From assembly GCF_009914755.1 (NCBI RefSeq), contig NC_060947.1: DNA of 64,000 bases. The stretch is one strand, 5' to 3'. Origin of the DNA: the human T2T-CHM13v2.0 reference genome, Homo sapiens. How positions within the stretch are numbered: position 1 is the stretch's first letter; every line of letters begins with the position of its first letter. A model generated the notes under the pieces. The model ran no database searches and had not been told where the DNA came from. It saw nothing but the letters and a program-made list of their open reading frames with translations. Shown here one piece after another: positions 1 to 13,846 of this stretch. Position numbers and translations under genes: made by a program.

Positions 1-216
1 CATTTTGTTCACAACCGCCTAGATAATTTCTAAGAAAATTGAAACTTTCTCTTCAGTGCTTCTCCTCTGAGCTCTCATGAACATCACCCTTAAGACTATT
101 TTTATGGCCATATGCCTCAAAATTCTTCCAGCTTCTACTCATTACTCAGTTCCAAAGTCACTTCCACATTTACAGGTATTTGTTATAGCAACACCTCATT
201 TCTTGATACCAATTTC
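1..216 (-). mobile_element. MaLR (MLT1A/MST-type) internal sequence, 5' end adjoining the LTR
   Basis: ttccaaagtcacttccacatttacaggtatttgttatagcaacacc...taccaatttc is the typical MaLR-int start read on the minus strand, directly abutting an LTR. Confidence 0.75.
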
Positions 217-762
217 TGTAAAGCTAATTTGGGCTGTATAACAAAATACCTTAGACTGTGTGATTTATAAACAGTAGAAATTTATTGCTCACATTTCTGG
301 AGGCTGAAAATTTAAGATCAAATCACCAGCAGACTTGGTCTGATGAGGGTCTGTTCCTCATAGATGGTGCCTTCTGACGGGATAGTCAGACGAATGAACA
401 AAAAAGGAATATTTTCCCAGCCTCTTTTTTTTTTTCATTTTATTTTTTTATTTTTTTTTATTTTTTATTTTTTTACTTTTCTTTTTTTTTTATTATACTT
501 TAAGTTTTAGGGTACATGTGCACATTGTGCAGGTTAGTTACATATGTATACATGTGCCATGCTGGTGCGCTGCACCCACTAACTCGTCATCTAGCATTAG
601 GTATCCCAGCCTCTTTTAAAAAGGCTCTGATCCTGTTTGTGAGGACTCTACCCTTATGTCCTAATCACATTTCAAAAGCCCTATCTCCTAATATCATCAC
701 CTTGTGGATTAAGTTTTACGATAATAGTTTTGGGGATACAGCAACATTTATACTGCTGCACA
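217..762 (-). mobile_element. MaLR LTR (MLT1A/MSTD-like), split by an L1 insertion
   Basis: Motifs gggctgtataacaaaataccttagactg, tttattgctcacatttctggaggctg, ctgttcctcatagatggtgccttct and taatatcatcaccttg...ttttggggatac. Confidence 0.8.
429..603 (-). mobile_element. 5'-truncated L1PA2-like 3' end with poly(A) tail
   Basis: gctggtgcgctgcacccactaactcgtcatctagcattagg (GAG, non-Ta diagnostic). Perfect 14-bp TSD tcccagcctctttt at 415-428 and 604-617, with a TTTT/AA endonuclease site. Confidence 0.92.
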
Positions 763-1329
763 TGCATTTGGTTATAATGAATTCAAATTCCAACTATTAT
801 TCCCTAACTTCCATGGATGATGTTAGTCAATTCTTTTGCTCTCTGATTTCTCATGCATGAGTCATACACCCGTTGAATGTGCCCTTTAAGTTCCAGAAGA
901 CTGACAATGAGCTCTCTAAGCTGTCCTCTTGAAATCCTTTTCACTGGTCTTGTGGTAAGAAAAAAATAGCTCCTTTAACCCTTTTCCATAGGCAGTGATG
1001 CACCTCATTACTTCTAATTTCTGTCTTTCTCAATGTTCCACTTTAAATTACTTTTACACTTAAGAGTTGGCTATCAATGAAGGGTTGAAAATCCAATTTC
1101 TGACCACCTTTTTTGTAAGTTGAGCTTAGCTCACTGAGCTACTTGCTTGAAAATTTAGGTAGGTTTTCTGTCACTTATTGCCTTAGAGCCTCATCCATAA
1201 CTAAAACAGCAATGCCCACTTTAATGTCCCTAAGCGCAGGCTGTCATGTAAGATGCATACTGGCACTGTGTACATTTTTAACCTTATCTCTTAACATACT
1301 CTCACTGCTACATTTTTTTTACATCCACA

Positions 1330-1775
1330 ATTATCTAAGGCCATTTTTGGACATGCTGTGTTCTCTCATGCCTCTGTGAATTTTAATATGCTGTTTTCTC
1401 TGCTTAGATTATTAGTTTCCTCTTCTCCTCCCTTAGCTCATCCTTCCCACGACTCCTAAAACTATTTGATCATATCTATTTTTTTTTCTTCAAGTCTCCT
1501 TTCAGATATTAATTTTCATAGTATACCTTTTTTACAACACCCGGAATGACTTAATCATTTGGGAACTATGCTTTCACAATAATCTTTTTTACTTTATTTG
1601 GTTCTTAATAATTTGATTTGCAATTATTGGTTTACTTATGGGATCTACCTCACAATTTTGCAGGTTCCTGAAGGGTAGAAAGAGAGCATTTAATACTGAA
1701 TTTCTAGAGTGTAACAGAGTTCATAAAATATAGCAAATGCTTACACTACATTACTTCATTAAATGACTGAATAAG
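1330..1775 (+). mobile_element. L2 3' fragment (degenerate)
   Basis: Resembles the L2 3' end: gttcctgaagggtag...tttctagagtgtaacagagttc...ttaaatgactgaat. Confidence 0.5.
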
Positions 1776-2404
1776 CCAGAGTAAATATAAATGTGAGTGT
1801 AAATAAATATATGTATAAGGAATATAAGGATTAATAATTCAATATTCTGAACTAGAGTGCTGATGAAAAATAAGGAAAGGCATTCAGCTGTGTGGTCTCG
1901 GCAATTCACTTTTGCACTGTCTTTATCTTTCTGAAATAAGCATTTTAAAATACATTACTGGCTTTCAAGTATTTCTTGCTCTGAAAATTTTACTAAAATT
2001 TTACAAATTATTTATGTATCATTATTGGGAAATACTTTTTCAAACTAAATCTTACTTAGAATCTTAATGAGAAACATAATATTTAACAGCCATTTGAAAA
2101 TTTAAGCTTGTAGTTTAAGAGAGAACTTATATTTGGTGATGTAGGCTTGGCATTCAGACAGTTAAATATAGGGAAAATGAAAAGAGCTGTTACAGTTAAA
2201 TTTGAGTTTTCGAAAAATGGTGAAAAAGTCTCCAGTGCAACCATAACTAATGAGGATTATTTAAATATTTTGTCATTTTATTTTAAAATTCATTTGATTC
2301 CACCACAGAAGAAAAAAAATTTTTCCATTTGTCTTGTTTGGTATAAAATTACACATTTATTTAGTATGAGAAATGAATGTAAAGTATATTAGGTTTAAAA
2401 AAAC

Positions 2405-3095
2405 CTGACAAATAGTTCTATGCAATAAATAACTAACCTTACCCAAAGAGAAATCTTATATTTTTTTCTTGTTTTCTAGGAGGTGATCTCTAGACTCTCA
2501 AAATGTTTTGCCCGGTAGAAGTGTCTTTCTTTGCTTGTGGTCTTTGGCCATCAGGCAGTTTATCAATAGGATTTATAAGGGAGGCTTTGGTCATGCAGTC
2601 TCTGTTATGCCTCCAGAAGGGACTGGAAAATAAAGGCCTTAACTTGCCCATTGGGAAGGACTGGAGACTACAGGTCAGCATATATAGACAATATATTACC
2701 TAGCCCCAATAAAAACTCTGTATACTGAAATACAGAGTAAGCTTCCTGGATTGGCAATATTCCATGCATATTGTGACACAATTAAGCAAGGCAAGGAGGA
2801 ATTATCACCATCCATGTTTACATGGGGAGGAGACAATCAGAAGATTTGTGCTTGGGCTCTTCCTGAACTCTCCCGTGTGTCTTTTATTTTGGCTTATTTT
2901 AATCTATATCACTTTCTTGTAATAAACTGGGACTATGAATATAGCAACTTTCAGTAAGTTCTATGAGTCCTTGTAGCAAACTATCAAATGCAAGCATAGA
3001 TTTTAAAACCCTTAAACTTGTAATTGGTGTTAAAAGTGAAAGCAACCTTCTGGGGATTGTTCTCCCCAACTTTGAAATTGGTTAAATTCATTACA
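2405..3095 (+). mobile_element. ERVL-class solo LTR, MER77/MER21-like
   Basis: aataactaaccttacccaaagag start, ccccaataaaaactctg...agcttcctggattggcaatattccatgcatattgtgacac, and aataaactgggactatgaatatagcaactttcagtaagttctatgagtccttgtagc. Confidence 0.7.
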
Positions 3096-3539
3096 ACCTC
3101 AAACATCACAAAATCTAACAAAATAATTATATATTTTTATTAATTATTCTCATGGATTTCTATAGTTCATTGTTTTCTACTTTGTTGACTCTTTTGCATT
3201 TGATTATTTGTCCCGATGCTAAATAATTGTTAATCATTTTCCATAGAGACTGTACAAATATAACTTAGTATTTCTTTTACCATGGATAATACGACTTGTC
3301 ATTAACAACTTTGGTGTTATAGGAACGTCGAAGAAAGAAATCTTTTAAATAAAAATTTCAAGTTGAGAAACTGGAAGTTTGTGCTAAGGCAAAGAAAATG
3401 TTAACTCGTATAGGAACTTTTGGCATGGAAAGAAACAATAGAAGTAGAGAAAAGTTTGCTTCCAATATTCACTTAACATTTATTTAACCATTGAAAGTTT
3501 CTGAAATAGACAAAATATGACAGTTTTTAGTATACTTTA

Positions 3540-4060
3540 GAAATACCTGATGAAGCATAGATTACTTAGAAAAGCTATTATAATAGCCTAGGCAAGAAAT
3601 AATGTCTTCTTTAATTTAGAAAATGACAAAATATATAGGGGAAAACAAAAATAGGAAATGTTGTGAAATTTGAACTGACAAGGCTTGGATACAGAAGGTG
3701 ACTAAGGAAAGAGCTGATGAAACTACTTCCTTGTTTTCATCCTGGATGACTACATTTAATATCAACTGCAGTAAGAAGCACCAAAAAAGAACAGATTTTT
3801 ATTGGGGGCTTAGCAGTATATAATGAGTTCTGTTTTAGGCCTTGAATTTGATGAGTATATTAAAAAATCTATAAGGAGATCTGTAACTCACATTTGACAT
3901 ATTGGGGTTTGAGTTTAAGACAGGGTCATGCTGGTAAGGTAGATGTAACAATCATGCAATTATATATAGAGGATATAACTTAAGAAACATGATTGAAGGA
4001 AATTAACTCAGGTAAGAAATATAAAATCAGAAGGACAGTAAAGATAGAATCTTGAGAAGT
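3540..4060 (-). mobile_element. L2 fragment
   Basis: Purine-rich L2-antisense motifs such as aatgagttctgttttaggccttgaatttga. Confidence 0.5.
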
Positions 4061-4069
4061 GTGTAGGTA

Positions 4070-4260
4070 ATGTTTAATCAAGCAGGCATAAGTCCAGACT
4101 ATCTTAATGAAAATTTAGGCTCCATGACTTAAAAGCTATATATAACGGCAACATTATTTAACTTATCAGCATCTCATGTTTCTTATCAATTAATTGGGAT
4201 AATAATAGTAGCATTGTCATTGGAAACCTAGTAAGTGTTCCATACATTTTAACTATTATA
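4070..4260 (+). mobile_element. MIR SINE
   Basis: Core ttatttaacttatcagcatctcatgtttcttatcaattaattgggataataatagta. Confidence 0.6.
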
Positions 4261-4287
4261 ATCAATCTCACTATTATTTCTATTATC

Positions 4288-4345
4288 TTTTTTTATTATA
4301 CTTTAAGTTTTAGGGTACATGTGCACAACGTGCAGGTTTGTTACA
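4288..4345 (-). mobile_element. 58-bp L1PA (L1PA4-5-like) extreme 3' tip
   Basis: tttttttattatactttaagttttagggtacatgtgcacaacgtgcaggtttgttaca matches the L1PA 3' terminus. Confidence 0.85.
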
Positions 4346-5709
4346 AGTGAATTATGAAGGAAGATATGCACAAGAAATATAAAACCAGTTAAAAGATAGT
4401 AACAGAAAGTGAAGAAGAGGAGTAGACAACGAATGTAGACCACTTTTTCATGTGGTTTTAAAGTAAAATACAGAGAAAACAGAGGATGTCAGCATGACAG
4501 CAGAGTAGAAATTCCTAGACCCCCCTCTTTCACCCACAAAAACTGATGCAGCAGCAATTTTCAGAAAACCTTTCCCTGTATGAAATTTGAAACTAATTCA
4601 GACTCCAAGAGAGCACAAAAACAGGCTTACAAAGTGGCTAGGGAGATTTGGGACACCTTCTACCTGGAGACCCTGCACCCAACTCAGCACCATACAATTG
4701 ACTAGAAACCTTCTACCTCTCAGTTTCCTCCAGGGAAGAGAAGAGCTTGTTTTATCTTCCAGTGCTCCAGTTATTCTAAAGGGGATCCCAAGAGGACTGG
4801 CTTTCATCTTACCAGTCTTAAAGTACTGACGTGTGTGGCACAGCCTAGTTTCCTGGGAGAGTAAAAATAAAAAGGCTTGGGATAATAAATGACAACGATC
4901 TTCTCCCATGCTTGGCACAGAGCGTGTGAATGAAAAATTCCAGCTCTCAGATTCCATCTAGGGAGATAAAGAGTCGATCCAAGACTCCAGAACTCCAACT
5001 ACTCTAGGGATGTCCAAAGTACTTGCATATGTTTCACCTCTCTAGCTCTCACCATTCTAGTACTGTCTTGCTGCATGGAGGAGAACAAAGATGGCAGCTT
5101 AGGCTGGGAGAACCATAACCCCCTGCTTCATCACAGAGTCAATAGACATCACACATGTTTTCCTGTTTTTTTTTTGTGGAGGAAAAGAGTTGGTAGACTC
5201 CACATAAGTATCTGGCTGGGCTGATTGGTGGCAGGTCTTTACATTTGAATGAAGTAACTGACCTGAAAAATTCAGTAGAATTCAACAGCAAACTAGATCA
5301 AGCAAAATATAGAATCAGTGAACCTGAAAACAGATCGTTCAATATAATTCAATGAAAAAAGGAAAATAATTTTTAAAACTAATTAAAACAAGTGAAGAAA
5401 GCTAAAGGGGCTAGCGGGGCACCATCAAGAAAACCAATATATGTGTTATGGTAAATCAAAAAGGAGAATATGGAAAACATCCCAGAAAACTTTTTCAAAG
5501 AAATAGTGTCTGAAAATGTCCCAAATTTGGGAAAGAAAATAGATATCCATATTCAAGAATACCAAATGAACCCTTACAGGATGAACCCAAAGAAATCCAT
5601 AACAAGACACATTATAATGAAAATGTCAAAAGACAAAGACAGAATTTCAAAAGCACCAAGAAAAAAGTGACTCATCACATACAAGGTAGCCTCCATAAGA
5701 TTATCAGCT

Positions 5710-6013
<304 letters not shown>

Positions 6014-6283
6014 TTACCATAAATTTTGAATGTCAGAAGGAGTGGGATGATTCATCCAGTGTTGAAGGAAAAATACCTGCTAAACAGGAATGCTGTACCT
6101 TGAACAACTCTGCTTCAAAACTAAAGGAGAGATACATTCCCAGAAATGCAGCAGCACAGGGAATTCAACAGCACTAGACCTGACTTACAAGAAAAACTAA
6201 AGAGATTTCTTTAAGTATTAATAGAAACAAAAGACATTAAAGAGCAACATGATACCATAAGAAAGTATGAAGCTCATTGATAG

Positions 6284-6320
6284 ATACACACACACACACA
6301 CACACACATACATACATACA
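6284..6320. repeat. (CA)n/(CATA)n microsatellite
   Basis: acacacacacacacacacacacatacatacataca. Confidence 0.9.
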
Positions 6321-9300
6321 AATGCAGAATATTGTATCTCTGTAATGCTGGTGAGCAAATCAAAATCACTTTTAATTCTGTTATAAAATATAAAAGACAA
6401 AAGTATTAAAAACCACTACAATAAATATATGTTAAAAGTTACATATTATAAATGAATGTAAATTGTGACAATAACATAAAATGTGGGAGGTAGAGAAGTT
6501 ATATTGTGTCATTTTTGTATATGTTAAACAATTTGTTATATTTTATGTAAGCCCCATAGTAACTGCATAACATACTGAAATAAGTTACACACACAAAAAT
6601 GAAAGGAATCAAAACATATCCATACAAAAAATTTTTAAAGCCCATAAAAAAACAAAAATTCTAACAAAATGACAATAGTAAATCCTTCCCTATTAATAAT
6701 TGTTTTAAATGTAAATGGACTAAGCTTCCCAGTCAAAAGTTATAGAGTGTCTAAATGGTTTTATATATTTTATTTATAATGGATTTATTATATATATGCA
6801 CACACAGACACACACATATATGAAGACCAGACTATATGTTTTCTACTAGAAACTCACTTTTAAGGACGTTGAGAAGCTAAAAGTGAAGGACTGGAAAAGG
6901 GTATTCCATGAAAATGGTAACCCAAAAGAGAGAATGGGTAGCTATAATTATACCATAAAAAACAGACTGTAACTCAGAAAGTGTTACAAGATATAAAGAG
7001 GGTCATTATATAATGATAAATTTGTCAATTCACCAGGAAGATATAACAATTATTAAAAACATTAATATGTGCACCCCAACATCAGACCACTTAAATATAT
7101 AAAGCAGTAATTCACACTACTGAAAGAAAAAAATAGCCAGCAATACGGTAAGAGTAAAAGATTTCAATACCCATTTCCAATAACAGACAGAATATCCAAA
7201 CAAGAAATTAATAAAGGAAGCAGAGGATTCAAATAATGGTACAAACCAAATGTACATAACAGACATTTACAGAACATTCCATCCAAGAGCAGTGGAATAC
7301 ATATTCTTCTCAAGTGCACATGGCTTTTTCTTTAGGATAGATCATATGTTAACTAACAAAACAAGTCTTAACATAGTCAACAAGATTAAAATTATACCAA
7401 GTATATTTTCTAGACCCAGTGTACTGGAACTAGACAGCCACAGCAGAAAGAAAACTGGGACATTTACAAATATGTGGAAATTAACAAACTCTTTAACTAT
7501 ATTATGTGAAAAAAATAAATTCAGAAGAAAATTAGAAAATATCCTAAGATAAACAAAATGAAAACAAAGCATATCAAAACACACGGGATTAAGAAAAAAT
7601 ATAGTTCTAAGAGGGGAGTTCATAGTGATAAATGTCTACATTTAAAAAGAGGAAACATTTCAAATAAAAACCCTGAATTTATACCTTAAGGAGTTAGAGA
7701 AAGAAAAACAAACTAAGCAGAAACTTAGTAGAGAGATGCAATAACAAAGATGGATGCAAACATGAAGAAAACAAAAAAGAAAAAAAGAAACAATCAAAGG
7801 CATTGAGTTGTTTTTATTGAAAAGATAAACACAATTGAAAAACTCTTAACTAAGAAAAAGAAGAGAGAAAGCTAAAATGATTAGATCCAGAAATGAATGA
7901 AAACACATTACAACTGATGCCATAGAAATAAAAAAAAATAAGGAACTATTATGTAAAATTATTCAACAAAAATCTGGATAACCTATAAGAAATGAATAAA
8001 TTACTAGAAACATAAAATCTACCAATGGATAATCATGAAGAAATAAAGTGTAACCAATCTATAACCTGTATGGAAATAGAATCAGTAATAGAATCAGAAA
8101 TAGAATCAAAATTTCCCAACAAAGAAAAGCCTAGGGCTAGATGTCTTCACTAGTGCTTTTTAAGAAACATTTAAAGAAGAATTAATAGCAATCCTTCACT
8201 AAATTCTCAAAAAAAATTGAAGAGGAGAAAATATTTTCAAACTCATCATCTTATGGTGCAATATTAATTACTTCCAAACTCTTTTTATGAGGCCAACATT
8301 ATCCTGATACAAAAGCCAGATACCACAAGGTAAGAAAACTATAGGCCAATATCCCTAATGAATATTGAAGTAAAACTTCGGAGCAAAATGTTAGCAAACT
8401 GAATGCAACAGCACATTAAAAGAATCATACGCTATGATCAAGTGTGATTTATCCCTGGCATGCAAGAATGATCCAGCATAAAAAAAGTCAATTAAGATGA
8501 TAGACCACATTAACAAAATGAAGGATAAAAATCATAATTACCCCAACAAATGTAGTAATATTTACCAAAAGTCAACATCTTTCCTAATAAAAAGTCTCAA
8601 CAAACTAGAAATAGAAGGCAATTATCTCAACATAATAAAAGCCATATATAATGAACCCACAGCTAACTTTTATCTCAATGGTATAAAACTGAAAGCTTTT
8701 CCTCTAGTATCAGAAACAAGACAAGGATGCCCACTGAATTATTTGCCCACTCATTTTTTTTCCTTGCACAATTGATCTGGATAGAACTGACAATACTATG
8801 TTGAATAACTTCAAGAGGTCAATTCTGTTCAATAACTAAGTGGAAGTCTAAGCCAGATTGATTAACCAAGAAAAAGCATAAAAATAAAAATAAAAGGAAT
8901 CCAAATCAGAAAGGAAGAAGTAAAAATTTACCTGTTTGCAGATGAGATGATCTTATATATCAGAAATCCAAATGTCTCCTTAAAAAAGACTGTTACAATT
9001 AATACACAATCCAGTAAAGTTGTAGGATACAAAATCAACAGACAAAAAATACTTTTAATTCTCTACCTACCATCAAACTATCTGAAAAGGAAATTAGAAA
9101 AACAATCCCATTTACAACAGCACAATAAAGAGTAAAATGCCTAGGGATAATCATAACTAATGGATGAAAAACTTGCATATGATAAACTACAAAACATTGA
9201 TAGGAGAAATTAAACAAGACACAAACAAATGAGAATATATCCCATATTCATTGGCTGAAAAGCTTAATATGTATTTAAAATGTCTATACTACTGAAAGTG

Positions 9301-10214
9301 ATCTAAAGAGTCAATGCAATTGATATTAAAATCTCAATAGCACTTTTTACAGAAATATAAAAACAATTCTAAGATTCATATGGAAAACAAAAGACTACAA
9401 ATAGTCAAATCAATCTTGAGAAAGAACAAAGCTGGGAGAATTATACTTCCTGATTCAAAATATATTAACAAGATACAGTGATGAAAACAGTGTTGTACTG
9501 GCATAAAGAAAGACATATAGGCCAATGAATTAGAAATAAAGAGCCCAGAAATTAATTCAAGCATATGTGGTCAACCAAGTTTTGTTAAGAATGTCAAGAA
9601 TACACAATGGAGGTGTGGGTAGTCTCCTCAGCAATTATATTGGAAAATCTAGATATCCACATACAAAAAAATTAAAACTGGACTTATCTTACACGATACC
9701 CAAATAACAACTCAAAATAGAATAAATACTTAAATATAAGACTGTGAAGTGAAAAAAATCCTAGAAGAAATAGTAAAAAATTATGACATTGGTTTGAGGA
9801 TTTCTTAGATATGATACCAAAAAACATAAGCAACAAAAACAACACACAAGTGGGGCTACATTAAATTTAAAAGCTTCTGCACAAAGATGAGAATAATCAG
9901 CAGAGTTAAAAGGCAGTCTACGGTATGGAAAAACATATTTGCAAACCATATATCTGATAAAGGGTTAAAGTCTAAGATATATAAAGAACTCCTACAATTT
10001 AGTAGTAAAATAAACCCAATAATATAACTTAAAATGAGCAAAGGATTTGAAAAAAAACATTTCTTTAAAGAAAATATAGAAGTGTTCTCCTGGTATATAG
10101 AAAGATATTCATTGTTGCTAATCATCAGAGAAATGCAAATCAAAACCTTGATGAGATATTATCTCACATTAGTCAGAATTGCTGTTATCAAAAAACAAAA
10201 CATACAAAATGTTG

Positions 10215-11000
10215 GTCAACCATATTAGAAATGCTCAATACTACTAATTATTAGAGAAATGCAAATCAAAACCACAATGAGATACCATTTCACACCAGTC
10301 AGAATGACTTATTACTAAAAAGTCAAGAAATAGCAGATGTTGGTCAGTTTGCAGAGAAAATGAAACACTTATACACTGTTGGGGCAATATAAATTAGTTC
10401 AGCCACTATGGAAATTATTAGTTTGGAGATTTCTCAAATATCTTAAAGCATAACTACAATTCGACTCAGCAATCCCGTTACTGGGTTTATACTCAAAGTA
10501 ATGCAAATTGTTCTATCATAAAGACACATGCATGCATATGTTCATTACAGCACTATTTGCGATGGCAAAGACATGGAATCGACATAGATGCCCATCAGTG
10601 GTGGACTGGATAAAGAAAATGTGGCACATATACACCATGGAACACTATGCAGCCATAAAAATACTACATCATGTCCTTTGCAGCAACATGGATGGAGCTG
10701 GAGGCCATTATCCTAAGCAGATTAATGCAGGAACAGAAAACCAGATACAACATGTTTTCACTTGTAAGCGTAAGTAAAACATTGAGTACTCACGGACACA
10801 AAGTAGGGAGCAGTAGATGCCAGGGCCTACTTGAGAATGGAGAGTGGAAGGGAGGTGAGGATCAAAAAACTACCTATTAAATACTATACTCATGACCTAT
10901 GTGACAAAATAATTTCCACCAAACTCATACAACGTGTGATTTACCTACATAACAAACCTGCATATGTACTGTCTTAACTAAAATAAAAGTTGGAAAGGAA
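10215..11000 (+). mobile_element. L1PA16-like 3' fragment nested in the older L1
   Basis: 3' UTR gaggatcaaaaaactacctatt...aaaataaaagttggaaagg. The host L1 resumes at aaatgtttatgagaac. Confidence 0.8.
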
Positions 11001-12379
11001 TGAAATGTTTATGAGAACTGGGGAAATTGCAATCCTTGTATACTGTTGGTGGAAATATAAAATGCAACCACTAAGGAAATCTGTCCAGAGTTTTCTCAAA
11101 AAAATTTTAAAAGAACTATCAAGTAGTCAGCAATCTCACTTGGCATCTATCCAAAAGAATTGAAGTCAGGATCTTGAAGTAGTGTTAGTATTCCTGTGTT
11201 TATTATAGCACTATTTACAATAGCCAAGGTGTGGAAACAACCTAATTGTCCAACATAGATGGATTTTAAAAATGTGCAAATGTACAATAATATGAGTACT
11301 CACACATGTGCACACACATACACAAGGGAATACTATTCAGCCTTAAAAAGAAAGAAGTTCTGCAATATGTGACAACAATGGATGAACATTGAGATCATTA
11401 TGTTAAATGAAATCATCCAGTCATAGAAAGACAAGCACTATATGATTCCAATTTTATAAGATATCCAAAATAATTAAATTAATAGAATCAAAGAGTCAAA
11501 TGGTAGTTTCCAGTGGTTGAGGAAAGGATAAAATGGGAAGTTGTCAATCAATAAGCAAGGGCATACGTTTCAGTCAAGCAAAATGAATAAGCTCTAGCGA
11601 TCTGCTGTACAACAGTGTACCTAGGGTCAACCATAGTGTTTTGTACATTTAATAGTTTGTTAAGAGTGTTGATCTCATGTTAAGTGTTCTGACCACAATA
11701 AAGTAAAATATAAAATAAATAAGGAGAAAGAGCTGTAGCCTGAAGAGAACCCATACTCAGACATTGTTGATTACTTTAGTGTGATTTTCCTGCTTGGTTG
11801 TTTTAGACATATTTGACCAGCTTTGTAGGCTAAGAAAATGTGCAAATGGAAAACAAAATGCAGATACCTTTAACACTATGGCACTGATTACTTAAAGGGA
11901 TGGGAAATGAAAAAGTGTGAGACTGAGCCTGGCACAAGCATTGGACACTTCATATTCTGAGACAGGAAATTTGAAGAGATACAGTGAACACAGAGATATT
12001 TTGAGATCTAGGTGAGAGTGGTCACATACTTTTACACAAGAAAAACTTAATTTTACCATTACAGTGAAGGATATCTTTACTGAGAGTGAAGGTATATATG
12101 AAGTCGGAAGACTGAAAACTGTGGTCAATTATGGGCTTTTATATTTTAAAATATTGGCATTGGAGCAGCTGTGAGTGTATGGAGTTCAATGATGAGGCTG
12201 GATGTACAACGTTATGAAATAAAAAATTGAATGTATGCATATGGAGGTGCTGAGGGATTTTGAAGCAAGAGTGCTATGCATTTATTCTACAAAAGGAAGC
12301 AATGAGAGGGAATGAGATAGGGCAAAAATGCTCTGGCTGAGGATATTAAATAAAAACCAATTAGATAAAAGGGTTTCCC

Positions 12380-12640
12380 TCTTGGTTGAGGGCACCTTGG
12401 TGTACATATTAAGAAACTTTAATGTGATGTGAAAGGAAATCAGAATTCACTCCATTTCCTTGGGCAGAGGAGTGACATGATCACAGTAATACAGAGTAGT
12501 TGGAGAAAAAAAAGAGGCTAGGCAGGAAGATAAGTTAGGAGGCTGTTTTAGTCATCCTCCTGTGAAACAGAAATAGTAATAGAAATACATAGAAAGAGGC
12601 AGTTGGCAGTGACATTGTGAAGGAAAAAAATCAGTCTTTT
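12380..12640 (-). mobile_element. L2 fragment
   Basis: gcagaggagtgacatgatc...aggcaggaagataagttaggaggctgtt. Confidence 0.55.
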
Positions 12641-13846
12641 AAAATTTGCTATATTAAATAACAATTGACAATTGTCACACTATAATTACATTTTAAGTAA
12701 TTTCATGTAACCATGCATGAAATGAAAGAACATTATAGTGATAAATTGTGCAATCTATTTTCTCAATGTTAATATTTAATAATATGAGATTGACATTTAA
12801 ATTTATTAGAGGAAATGCTATGGTTTACTTTTTTATTTAACTTGTGAAAAGAAATTGCCACATCACACATAAATACAACTTATATAACTTCATGAATTTA
12901 GCCTTATCAAAATTAATTAGAGGAAACATTTAAAAGTTATAATGCAATAAAAATAAATTTAAAATATGAAAAATATAGAAGCATGTCATACTTTATCTCA
13001 ACCCTTGCCTCTTCTAGTTTCTGCTTTTAACATTGTCATAAATTCAGCAGCATTTATAATCAGTGTGATTACTCATTCTATATTTTCCTTAGGGATGCAT
13101 TTATTATTATTCATGTTTTAAGTAAATTAGTTTAAAACTATAGCTTTGTCCAGATCTGCACTTCAGAATGAATTATTTCCACTATTCTTTCAAAGTGAAC
13201 ATTTATATTTCATATTGCATTATATAACTCAGTTTGAAAATCTTAGGCAATTGTAAAATTATGATGCTAGGAGTGTCGTCAAGTAATTTTTCAGTCTACC
13301 CCTTGTCTCAGCACATGATTGGTATCAAGTCATGTCAACTATTTCATTCTCCTGAAAAAAAAAAAAAGGTTTTCCTTCTTTATAAGCTGAAACTCTCCTG
13401 CTCCATGAGAAGCTCACAGATTTTTTTCTTTGGTGGCATGAGTAACAGTTATTCACGTGTCTTCATAAAATAGCCTTTCACTTATTTGAAATCTTCTTTT
13501 AGTGATACTTGACACAGTGCCAGTGGATCAAATACATTGCTGAAAAATATTTTTAACCAAACATAGCAGCATTAATCAGCTTTCAGAACAAATTGACAGT
13601 TTGGAGAATGTACCTTGCAAGTTGTTTAAAATATTTGACTAAGTAGTCACAGAAAATTTATCCTTAATAACAATGAAAATAATAATAATTCTTCCTCTTT
13701 CTTGTTATTGTCAGCAAAAGGCAAATCGCTTCGCATGCTGAAATAAGCAACAAACTGTGAAAGTGCACACTTGCATATATTTCACTATATAACCAAGTCA
13801 AATGCCTAGGAGAGTTAACTTGATACACATTAAATGTATAAAATTA

